64,000 nt of DNA from Pocillopora damicornis (Eukaryota): assembly GCF_003704095.1 (NCBI RefSeq), contig NW_020844169.1, positions 186,001 through 250,000 of the forward strand. The letters are read 5' to 3'. The notes below the pieces were generated by a model. The model did not search any database. It had not been told where the DNA came from and saw only the letters and a program-made list of their open reading frames with translations. The stretch's first letter is position 1. Each line of letters starts with the position of its first letter. Below are positions 13,801 to 24,675 of the stretch, piece after piece. Made by a program: the position numbers and the translations under genes.

Positions 13801-16450
13801 AATGTTTTCTGAAAAATTTTAATGTTTTTTTCTTTTCAAGGTCACTAAAAGCCATCAAAAGGCAATGAACAGGGTTCAGACAATTGTTTGCTGTAGTAAA
13901 TATGATCAAAATGATTTTCCTTATTAAACTAAGGTTCCACAAAGGGAGGTGCTTGCCAGTGATAATTTGGCTTTGCCCTTGATTTTCTTCAATTTACTTC
14001 ATTGAGATCTCTCAAGATTTTCACAATTTATTAAATTTGTCCTGCTGATCATTTAAAAGCCAAAAAAATAGGAGTTACAAAGGCAGTTTCCTCGCTATTT
14101 GAAATTTTGTGTTTTCTCCTCAAGTTTGGTCTTCAGAATTATTATAAATGGACACTAGGAAGGGCACAAATCTTAAGAAATTCCACCGAAGAAAAGTGAT
14201 AAATCTTGCTCAAAAGATCCCTATTTTCTCTATTACATAACATTTCATTATGGAATAGAACTTTACCAAGATCTGTATCTGAGTATGCATAAACTTTCAA
14301 CTCTGTTGCCTTTGGGCAATCTTTCCCACTGTGTTTTCTTTTTGCTTGACCTCTTTTTCAGATGTAAAAGGCCTATGAATATTACAGGTGAATTTGCTGG
14401 AAACCCTAGATTCCATAACATAATTACTGTAATGTGTTAAACTGTTTTAACACACCTTTTCAGATGACAATGGAGCTATTGTATCGAGCCACCATGTTTG
14501 TTCTTAAATTTCACACTATGTTTGCATCCAGATCTCACCTGGTCAAAAAACCCTATAAGGCCTCCTTAAAATAATAATAATTCTAGTATTTCTATAGCCC
14601 TGTTTCCATAGAAATGATCAGTAGCACTTTAGAATGATTCACCAATTACAATATTCTACAACAATCTAAGTATACCATGTAAAATGTAACTGAGACTTAC
14701 AATTAAATAAAACAAACCAGATTGAATAATATTCATAAAAACTTGAATAAAATAAAATTTTTGGTCTTAAAAAGTTAAAGAAAAAAACTGACCAAAAAGG
14801 TAGGTCTTAAGATTGCTTTAGAAAATTGCCAATGGAAAAGCATGCAATTCAGTGGGCAAACTCTTCCACAAACATGGTGCAGCAGGACAAAAAGATCTAG
14901 CACCAAGGGTAGAAAGCATTTTCTCTTTAGGCAGCTCCAGCAACAAGGTGCCATTAGATCTAAGTTATGGGAAGCCATTTATGCCAAAAATATCAATCGC
15001 TAGTAATAAAACGCAATATTTAGTGCTTTTTCTTAAATAACTCTGTATTTTGTCCTTTCAGTCTTTTGCTGAAGATTGTAAAATGCGAGGCACTGCTTTC
15101 TCCCTGATAGGTTGCTACTTTCTCCTCAAGAGGTTGAAATAAGAGTGATTTTCATTCTAAAAATATTTTGTTTCCCATTCGCTAGATCTAGACCGCTGAC
15201 TTTGAAAGAGTTTCCATTGTTTGTGCCCAGGCGTGGCTCACAAAAATGCAAAACGTTTGGTTTCGCACAATGATTTGGTGGTGTTAGCTAGGCGATCGCT
15301 TCGCGATTCGCGCAATATCGGTTTTTCGCGTCAAATTTAACGTGGAATTCACTCGTCAAGCAATGAATTTTTCTTTAGAATCGATAAGAAATTGATACTT
15401 GCACTAGCGATTGATATCTTTTAATAGCACCAACAATTGACTAAACGTCCAGCAGCTAAACACAGTCTTAAAGTAACTGAACGACCGGCAGTCCGATATT
15501 TTTCCATATTTCTCTTCGAAATCCATACGAAAATGTTCTACCTTTATTAACAATCGTCAAGCGCTTCCTGGCAGCCAAAAATTTCGAACTTAACGTTTTT
15601 CGCCAACCCGGTATACAGAGTACGAAGCCATCAAGGCGCTTAACACTTAGAAACTATTCAATAATTACACGTCTGGAGGCGGTCCTCAAATACCTCCATA
15701 TTTCTCTTTGAATATTCCAATTTTCCCTGGGAAATATTCTACCTTTATTTAGAATCCTCAAGCGCTTCTAGAGAGTGAAAAAAATTCGAACGTTGTCTGT
15801 GTCGCCGACTTTGTACACAGAGTACGAAGAGATCCAAGCGTATTAAACACTTAACAAATTTTCTTCGAACACTGCCGCACACTGTCTTCGAATAGCTAAA
15901 CGTCCGGCAGTCCGGTATATTTCCATATTTCTATTGGAAAATATTTTATCTTTAGAATATTTCAAAGAGAAATATGGAAGTATTTGAGGACGGTGTCCGG
16001 CCGTGTCATTGAAAAGTTTCTAAGTGTCCAGCGCTTGGATGGCTTCCTACGCTGTATACATGTTCGGTACGGCTCCCCATACTAAGTTGTAAGAGGACTT
16101 CGGCCAAACACTAATTAAATCACTAATTTACAGTGGCGTAAATCCATGAATTGCCTTAAAAGCTAAGATTAATATCTTATAACGAATACGAGCAACTACT
16201 GGCAGCCAGTGAAGATCGTAGAGTTGGCGTAACATAGGAATGCTTGCTGATGTTCATAGCAAGCCTCGCCGCTTCATCCTGAATACGTTGTAATGTTAAG
16301 ATCTGCGATTTAGGTAAACCATACAAGAGACTGACTAATAGTCTTACCAAGATTTCCAAGATCTTTGTAAGGTCCCTTTAATTTACCAAAGAGGATGGAA
16401 AACCGACGAATGAAGCTCGCAAAGAAGGGAATTTTAGACGGTGTATTCAT
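8543..16450 (-). CDS. Death-domain-only protein, copy B (~193 aa)
   Basis: Exons 16450-16348 (MNTPSKIPFFASFIRRFSILFGKLKGPYKDLGNL), 9325-9252 (DESEDSEDNFAHWDEYMKKFHILMK) and 8947-8543 (ENGWHPF...LMKLLDIESKPGNWRCLAERLGASYSDVQFLESRNHESPTQHVLNVF...DFDRHDVVSVLNDEI...). Phases join in frame. The W-x-x-LA-x-x-LG / SPT / R-x-DVV pattern is typical of death domains. Confidence 0.75.
10905..11180 (+). mobile_element. Penelope-like retroelement fragment (GIY-YIG endonuclease 3' end), degenerate
   Basis: Translates to KKLYIGETGRQLGDRF*DHLR...KPVARHLNLP...FQIGTL..GINERFSFN*, with stops and frameshifts. Confidence 0.85.
13754..14565. mobile_element. Kolobok-like non-autonomous DNA transposon
   Basis: TTAA-GGAGGCTCTATAGGGTTTTT ... 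AAAAACCCTATAAGGCCTCC-TTAA. Confidence 0.7.
14990..15417. mobile_element. MITE nested in the LINE fragment
   Basis: Perfect 15-bp inverted termini ATATCAATCGCTAGT / ACTAGCGATTGATAT. Confidence 0.55.
15440..16070. repeat. Diverged ~195-bp tandem repeat with a terminal inverted copy
   Basis: TTCTACCTTTATT, CAAGCGCTTC and ACAGAGTACGAAG each occur twice ~200 bp apart. 15955-16065 is the reverse complement of ~15610-15720. Confidence 0.7.
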
Positions 16451-16600
16451 CCTCAAAAGGCTTCACAGGAGGAAGTAAGTGCTTGGCAAAATGGCTTGAC
16501 GTTGAACTACATATCGCGTAATTCTATAGGGAGCCAATCAGGGCAACTTGAAAGGGTCACATGATGATTACGTACTAGGGTGTGGACCAGGCTGTGCGCG

Positions 16601-18118
16601 CACTCTGATTGCGTTCCAACATGGTCCTAACATGAAGAAACGAGACATATTGGCATCTTTTTGTGGTTGAGTGATCTCTGGTGGTGCTGAGATAGCGTGA
16701 ATAAACGTGGAATGTAATGGAGATTCACTGTTTGTTGCCGTTCCTTCGAAAGTTAAAAAGTGTTTGCGGGCCTGCGCGACTCCTGTTATTCCTCTGTGAC
16801 AAATTCGTTGTTGGGAAGCAACCGAAGAGATTCAGAAAGAGTCGAGACACCAGCCGTGCCCAAGAATCTATTCATTTGGCGGCAGTTACACTCGCAGCCG
16901 ATGGCTGTGTGAATAATATAAAATTCACGAGTTATTTAACGGGGAATCGACCCTTACAAACGCATTAATTAAATTACAAAGAGACAACGACCTTCTAAGA
17001 CACGAACTACTTTCCGTGTCATATACCTAATGGCGTAAATACGGGATTTCGCAAAAGGAGAAGCCTTACGCCTTCTAAGATCAAATTCGCCACGAATGTA
17101 TTTATCAACGTCTGATAAAAAATGTACATGGTTTCAAATATGCTTAAAGAATAAAGAATACCTGGAATAAGGTTTTGAGAAACGTATCTCTTGAGTTATT
17201 GTATTTTATACCTGAAAACAGAAAAAATAGCGCGCACAAATAATAATATTACCTTTTGTAACACAATCTCATCCGGCTGTGCCAAACCTCAAGAAGACCA
17301 AGAACATACATATGGAGTAATAACTCCTTGAAACTAACCTTTATTATCGCATCGCAAACAAAAGTCATTAAAATATATCCTTATAACAGCCAAGCTTTCA
17401 GGTCTGAAGATTTAAAAGGGCAAGCGAATGGCAGGAGTCGCGCAAGCCTATCGACATTAACGCTCGACTGCCTTTTGCTTTCCGGCTTATCCGGCGTGTC
17501 GCTGTGTGCATTGTAGAGCTATTCATTGGTCAAGTGACTTTTTCCTTTGCTCTAATTCATCTGTCCTTCATTCATTGATCAAGATAATACATTTACCGCA
17601 CAACACTCGCCATTAGTAAATTTCCTTTTTACTCAGGAAAGTAGATTTACAACACAATTAAGTATACGATGTAACGCTGTGTAACGCAACAATAGGCCTC
17701 TTCTCGGCCATAATCGGTCTCAAACACTAGCACTTAAAATGTGAAAAACACATGTACCGTTGTAGAGTGTTTGAGAGCGTTTGGTCAGAGCTGTTAAAGA
17801 AGGATCAAAGCGACCATCCAAATCTTTGAAAGGCTTCAAACTACGACGTACATCAAATTTGACCCTCTCAAAAACCGGTCTCAAATTACTTACTTACTAA
17901 CGTGATTTATTACCGGACAATGTCAATACTAACTCTTCNNNNNNNNNNNNNNNNNNNNNNNNNNNNNNNNNNNNNNNNNNNNNNNNNNNNNNNNNNNNNN
18001 NNNNNNNNNNNNNNNNNNNNNNNNNNNNNNNNNNNNNNTCAGTCAAAATCTGCCGATTTCTGCTGCTTTCACCGCCATATTGAAAATGGCGCTACCACAA
18101 TGTAACGCAATCGGAGTG
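16601..18118. mobile_element. EnSpm/CACTA-like element inserted in the DD-B / Pga1-like promoter (spans a gap)
   Basis: Ends CACTCTGATTGCGTT / AACGCAATCGGAGTG, flanked by CG on both sides. Absent from the paralogous promoter at ~7770-7790. Confidence 0.55.
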
Positions 18119-18195
18119 CGGAAAGCCGCATCAGATGAACAAACAGTCTTGCTAGTCAGCAGTTCAACTTAAATAATGAGGCTAAGTTTTTAAAC

Positions 18196-21100
18196 ATGAC
18201 TCGCGAAATTTCGTTGGTTGTTTTTTGTCATAGTTTTATTCTCTACTGCTCTGTTATCCGAATACTTGCACAAACAAGGTAAAATGATGATTTTGATTTT
18301 TTCATATTTATTTGTAGTCACTTTTTGTGTACACGCTTTTTTCACAGGCTGGAGCCAGAAAAGCTGCTATTGAATCAGGTACGTTTTAGGGAATATTACT
18401 ATATTTATAACAATAATAATAATAATAATAAAATAACAAGAATGATAACGATAATGATAATAACAATAGAGATGATAATAATAGAAAATTTTATTTTTAT
18501 TGTCATCTACCGAGTAAAATACATAATCTAAAATTACTGGAATCTAAAATTATTACTATAACTAAAACTTATATTATGATATTAGTGATAATGGTAGTAA
18601 TAATAGTAATTGTAATGATAATAATGATAATGACGATGCCAATGATAATGATAATTTTAATATAATTTCATGAAAAGTTATGTTACCTAAGATTACCATA
18701 CCGCCTCACCTCCTCCATCTGATGATTTGTAATGCAAAACGTTGGAGAAGACCTGATGCACTTTTAAAAAGAACTACTTGGACCTACAGCTAGAAAACCT
18801 CTCAAACCCCCCAGTCTTTGAGGAAATTTGTGCTATCTTAATGAGAATACAAAGATATTTTAAAACACAGGAAAAATTTATCTATTACCAAATCCATTCC
18901 TTTCTGTGCCTAATCAATTACAAGTGTGCTGTCCATATAACTTCCAAGCTGAACAATGAATCTTCTTGTACTGCGGCTAGTTCAAATTGCTAAATTACAT
19001 TCTTGCAGAAATTCCCAAAACTTTTGAGATAATGAATTGATCCTTTCTCCTCTGTGATTTTTTTCTGTGACTGTGTTCTATTATTCAGGTTCTGCATCAC
19101 AGAGAGACAGTCTTGTACCACTTAGTCCAACTGAAACCAAGCAAAAGTTACGAGTTGCGAGTGTCATACCCTTCTACGGTACTATACTTTGAATTTTGTT
19201 TTATGTGAGATTCACGGTGAACTTGTGGTGAGTGTCAAACTTCTAATCACAAGATCCAGCTTCAAGCCACAGATGAGTCAAAGTATTATGTTTGTGAGCA
19301 AGACATTTAGTGACCACATTACCTCTCATTAACCATGGGTATAAAGAAGTATCACAAATCCGTAAGGGTAACAAATTGAAATGTGAGGGGGGGCTTAACA
19401 CTGCAATGGACCAGCATTCCATTTAGGGGGGGATTGTGGAAATTCTAGTAATACTCCTAATCTTAATATCACTGAAACCAGGTTAATCTTCAGTAGTAAT
19501 GGTGTCTAATTCATAGGCTGAATCAGTATTTTCTATTTTTGATGGCTAAAATCTAAAAAGAAATGGTAATCCAAACCTTAAACTGTCTTTTATTCACATT
19601 TCTTTTATATTTTTCACACTTGACATATACTGTCTCCCTCCCTATCTTTTTTAATTCCTTGTTGGCCTTTTGAGGAACTTTCCTTGAAGGGGAGTTTCAT
19701 TAAAGAGTGAAAACTGGACTTACATTTACCACCTTACAATTTACAGTGTATCAACAGCAGCTACACAAACTTCTCACCACAGCTACTTTGTTAATTCATC
19801 TTGAATTCACCCCTCCCCTCCCAACAAAAGTGTGCTTCTGCACAAATTCCAACATTTTTTAGTAGTCAGATGCTGAGTAAGTTAGCCCAGCTGAAATTGA
19901 AATATTTGTCCTCCAAGCAGAATTTCTCAAAATATTTCATAGCATATGCAATGTTATTTTTCTTGTCAGACCCCAACAGATTTTTATATTCAGCTGATTC
20001 CTCGCAAAGCTCTACAGGCTAGTAAAACAAGGAAACTCCTTAATATTGAAAAACTGGTTTTCAGTAACGAGTTAAAGGTATCAGTTTTACTTATATTAAA
20101 AAGTTTGTAATTTTTTTGTGCATAGATGTGAATATATCTTCCTTAAGTTCCAAATCTAGCTGAAGTAGAGGGTATGTATATTGGGATATTCTATCTTTCA
20201 CAAACTTCTGTGCTTGTGCCGTGTCATTTATTCTGAACACTCTTCTAAAAGATGTGTATTGCAAGTAATTTTTATTGTCTAAAGTTATATTGAAAAAACA
20301 CATAATTTTTCTTTGATAATGTTGAATTATGTACACCAGAGCATTGAAATTTTTTCCGGAGATTTGGTAGTCATGTGGTTATGGGCTGGACTCCTCATTG
20401 AAAGGTTGTCTTGTGATCTAAGTTGGTATCACCAATTGTGTCCTGTCCTTGAGCAAGACATTGTATCACACAGTGCCTCTCTCCACTCAAGAGTTCAACT
20501 GGGTGCTGGTTAACTGTCAAAGAAACCTTACCAAATGCTTGGGGTGGGATAACCTTGTCATGGACCAGAAACCCTTCTAGGGTGGTGGGGTGCGGGAGTA
20601 GGAACATTTTTAGTCATTTATTGTAGCTATGAAAATCAAGAGGAACTTGAGGGCTTTGATGTGTTTGTTCTTCATGTTGGGCAGCCTACATAGATTTTAA
20701 CAAAAGATAATTTTTACTGAACTTTCAGGAACAATATGCAAATGTCACAGCAGTCAGAACTGGAATTCCTTACAATCCTGCAAGTTTAGCTGAACCTGTA
20801 GTTTACAATATAGGCAAGCAGACATTCTAATTTTTCATCATTCACTAATCACAGTATTACTGAAAAATTGCGTTAAAAGGTAATTACCTCTTCCTGCTAT
20901 TAGCGATGAAGAGGGATCCTTGATTAGCAGAGTTTAACATTTTGTTGCTTTTATTTGTAGTTAAATTACTTTGCCAGGAACTTATGAATTCTTGGAGATC
21001 TCTTTTCTTAACTTTCTTGTGATTTTTTATTCAGTATGTTTGTGGCAAATTGTCACAAAAGGAACCCAAGAAATTATTTGATTGTTCCAGTTGTTTCTTT

Positions 21101-21411
21101 ATCCTCCTTCTCACCTGGGGGTTTTAGTTAAGCCACCAGGGGTTCCTTCTTCCCTCATTAAAGATGTCCAAACAGATTCACTGTCTTTTTTGTTTACTGT
21201 GTTGTGCAAGACTGGTGTAAATTTATATTAATAAATTGACTGTCATGTTTATTTTCTATCAGTGCTTGAAGAGCTCTTATTGGGAATTCCCTGGCATACA
21301 TGGAGACTTGGTGTTCTTGTTCTTCTTGTTGTGTATATAACTTTCAAATATCTTGTTCCCCGCTTCCTAATGTATATTGAAGAAAATGTAAGAATACATG
21401 GCAAAAGATAA
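18196..21411 (+). CDS. 181-aa single-pass membrane protein, plant/fungal Pga1-like family (tentative)
   Basis: Exons 18196-18278, 18348-18378, 19089-19178, 19970-20077, 20729-20813 (GC donor) and 21263-21411 splice to an open 546-nt CDS. It has a signal peptide, motifs LKPSKSYELRVSYPSTTPTDF, RKLLNIEKLVF and VVYNIVLEELLLGIPWHTW, a TM segment and a short tail. Confidence 0.8.
18408..18665. repeat. AAT/GAT-rich microsatellite in Pga1-like intron 2
   Basis: (AAT)n/(GATAAT)n tracts; paralogous tract at ~8075-8150. Confidence 0.8.
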
Positions 21412-22808
21412 TAGTTTTGCAATAAATTCTACTGGTTCTCTTTGATCATTGATTGTCTTGTGTTGTATTAGTATTCATTTGTTCCTGTAATAAGCTGAAT
21501 TACACACTCAGGCATTTTGATTGCTTCTTCCTTATTATCTTCAATCTAGAGGACAGACATGTAGATAATGTCACTATTGTCAATTTTTTTGTTTTGTTTT
21601 TAACATGCTAAACATTTATATTCCAAGTTGCCATGGGTCTGTTCAGTGATAGATCACAGAAAACTTCAAAATGTGGTAAGAACATCAATGATACACTCAG
21701 CTGTGCCTTGTGTGCCACTGTTTTGTCTTACCACAATTTTACATCATCTGTGATCTATTACTGACCAGGTGTATGGCAACATGGAATCCTTTTGTTAAAC
21801 TGTCTGCTCAGTACAAATGTTGTTTCAGAAATTAGAAGAGAAAAATTTTTAAAAAAAATGATCGACCCATGCAAAGTTCCTTGGGGAAATATAATGTTGT
21901 TTAGTTCTCCCATAGCAATCCAGAAGATGGATGAAATCAGTAAGAACTAAATTGAAACATTTGCTGTGTTTCAGAGTCTTGTTTTGACTTCTTAATGCCT
22001 CAGTGACTTATCTTTTAATGTCTTCTGATAATATCACCATTTAATTAAACACCAAGGTCTTGAGAAAAAGAAATGATACCCATGTTGGGAAGCTTTTGAT
22101 TATTTCACAACTTCTCCTTGTGAGGTGGGAAAGGTATTGAGGATAAGCTTGTTTATGGTTGCATGTAAAGGTTGACTTTTAGTTGTCTATGACTAATATC
22201 ATTGTGTTAAATCAGAGACAAAGGAAAATATAAGTAAAACAATCACTCTGAAGGAGGCCTAACTCACTAAGCATCTGCTTTAGAAGGCCTTTATGATGGC
22301 CAATCAATGTGAACAACTTGGTTGATAAAACCAAATTATTTTGTTAAGTTGAACAGGACATTTGATGAATTTAATTTGACCCTATCATCCTATATCTGCA
22401 TCATGATACCATGTATGAATGATCAAAACCAAACTGTCAGTACTGCAATGACTTTTGTCTTGAATTTTTTTCTCCCATATGAAATGGATGGACAAATCAA
22501 GGGGTGGACAGGTAGCTTTTGTTGAAATTTGTCTACAAAGATAAAGGGAACAATAATACACTCCAAAACAATTTTTATCATTGCTTGATTTTTAATAAAA
22601 TACTTTGTACATGATTACAACTGTATTTACAATTTTGTTACTGCCAGTGGCAGGGTTTCTTAACTTTTTTCTTTGCTATTTAACCTAAATAACATATACC
22701 TTGGAGATAATTCTTAACCACTTTTCCTCAAAAGTGTCGAGCTGGTCACAATTAAACAAAACCAAAAAAAGGAATCAGGTTGACATAAAACTGGCGCTTG
22801 GGTTTTCA

Positions 22809-24507
22809 TTAAAAGAAAGGATTAGCAATGTAAATAACTCTGTGTTTCTCAATGGTTTCAATGTCTCTTTCTAATTGTTTCATTTCTGCCTCCATTCTCT
22901 CTTTTCGGGCCTTCTTTGGTGCTGTATCAGTAACGACAGAAAGTCCTTGATATTGGTGGTGAAGTTCCTCCCAGTTCTTTTTTAGTCCATCAAGTATTCC
23001 TTGCCTGTAAAATTAAGTAAAATATAAATACAATAAATAATTACATGATGCAATATAGTGGTAAAAATATATGAAAATTTTAGAACTTCAAAAGGCAAGT
23101 GTCCAGCTACTTTCAATGACGTTTTAAATCTAAAAATAATGCACAGTTTAGATCAATAACGCCACATAGGTAACACTCAATTCAACAAATCAAGTTCACA
23201 TAAAGTCCATCATCTGAATCATTTGAAAACTTTTCATGAATTTAGATTGGGCAGCCAATCTAAATTCATGAAAAGTGAAGCAATGCACAGCAAGGAATAA
23301 TACACCTCATAACCTACAATAGAAACGATCAGTTCAGTTGATAGCTAGTATTGAAAAACCCTTGTCAATCACCTCTCTTCTTCTGTCAAATTTTTCATTG
23401 CTCCTTGTCTACATCTCTCTTGTACATAAGCATCATACTCCATCTGTGCTCTCTCTACTTCAGCCTTCCTTTTTTCCAGATAAGCTGGGGTCTTGCCATA
23501 ATCTTTCTTGTTCACATATTTTGGAGTGAGACCTGATGGGACCAGTTGATGTGTGGCTCCTCCACGTGTGTCCACAAATTTTTTCTCAGGCATCTTGGGC
23601 ACAGACATGATATTCTCCACAGCATTTGTTGTGATATGATTTTTTGTGGAACGTAATCCCATAAGAGGTTTTTCTGTGTGTTTTGGGACTGGGGGACGTC
23701 TTTTATCATGATCAGGATACGTGAAGTCAGTTTCTAAAAGAAATAGTTGAGTTAATTATTGAGACTGCTATTCTGTACACAGCTTTTTTAATAAAGACTT
23801 CATATGTTTCCTGGAAAAGCTTGTGTGATCTACAGACTGCGGAAAGAATTATGAAACTACTCCTTCTTACTCAACACACGATTACACTAAAGCATTTTAA
23901 AAGCTACAAACAACTATTTTTGATGACTGAAAAGGTTTCTCTGTCAATAAGTAAACTTCGCAATTAATCACTGTTATTTAAAGATCTTTGCTTACTTTCT
24001 GGCAGCTTGAACTCCTTGGAATGTTTAGCCAAAAAATCCTTGGGTTCTGTGACAGCTACTTTCGCTGGGCCCTGAGGAGGACAGAGGAAAATTTCAGTCC
24101 ATACACGATGAAATACGATTGCATACAATCACAGATCAACTGCACAAGACTCACATGGTAACGGAGGTCATTTCTTAACAACAAACGCTTACCATGGTTT
24201 TAGAGCTTTGCTTCTTCGTCTTCTGCTCCTGTTTCACAGTTGAAGCAAAATTAGAGCGATACCTGAGGAAATAAATTACTCAGGAGATCAAGGCCATGCT
24301 TAAAATGGGACGAAAGGTAACGAAAACTTAAATTTTAAGTTAAGATGCAAAATTTCGCAATCGCGGTAAACTTGGCAAAGATCAAGGGCCGCGTCGAAAT
24401 AAAACTTACATTGAAGGCTTTGGAGGCCTCTCTTGAATCTTTGGAATCAAATTGTATATACTTTCTACATAATCTTCTCCTCGCCGTGAAGACACTTGCA
24501 TAGCCAT
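22809..24507 (-). CDS. ENKUR: Enkurin (ciliary/flagellar, calmodulin- and TRPC-interacting protein)
   Basis: Exons 24507-24410, 24262-24193, 24071-23996, 23733-23373 and 23004-22809. Motifs ESIYNLIP, KTMGPAK, NHITTNAVENI, KKDYGKTPAYL and GLKKNWEELHHQYQGLSVVTDT. Confidence 0.93.
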
Positions 24508-24612
24508 GGCTGATTTCTTGGTACAACAAACCTAAACCTGTAGTTGGCTTTCCTCAACACTCACAAAGATGGCGGAGTCTTTACTTATAAAACATACGGG
24601 TGTTGACTGCCT

Positions 24613-24675
24613 GTTGCTAGGCAATGATTCTGATCATGTGGTCTCACTGCGTTTTCGATATCGCTGCCTGGCAAC
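24613..24675. promoter_or_regulatory. Two RFX X-box-like motifs upstream of ENKUR
   Basis: GTTGCTAGGCAAT (24613-24625) and GCTGCCTGGCAAC (24663-24675), about 105-170 bp upstream of the ENKUR ATG. Confidence 0.6.

Larger units (their letters stand above)
14760..16335 (-). mobile_element. L2/CR1-group LINE 3' fragment, interrupted by nested insertions
   Basis: 16335-16120 gives LLYGLPKSQ..LQRIQDEAARL...LHWLPV..RIRYKILILAFKAIHG. It resumes at ~14975-14760 with NLRS...LGARSF..AAPCLWKSLP...LKTYLF. Confidence 0.8.
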
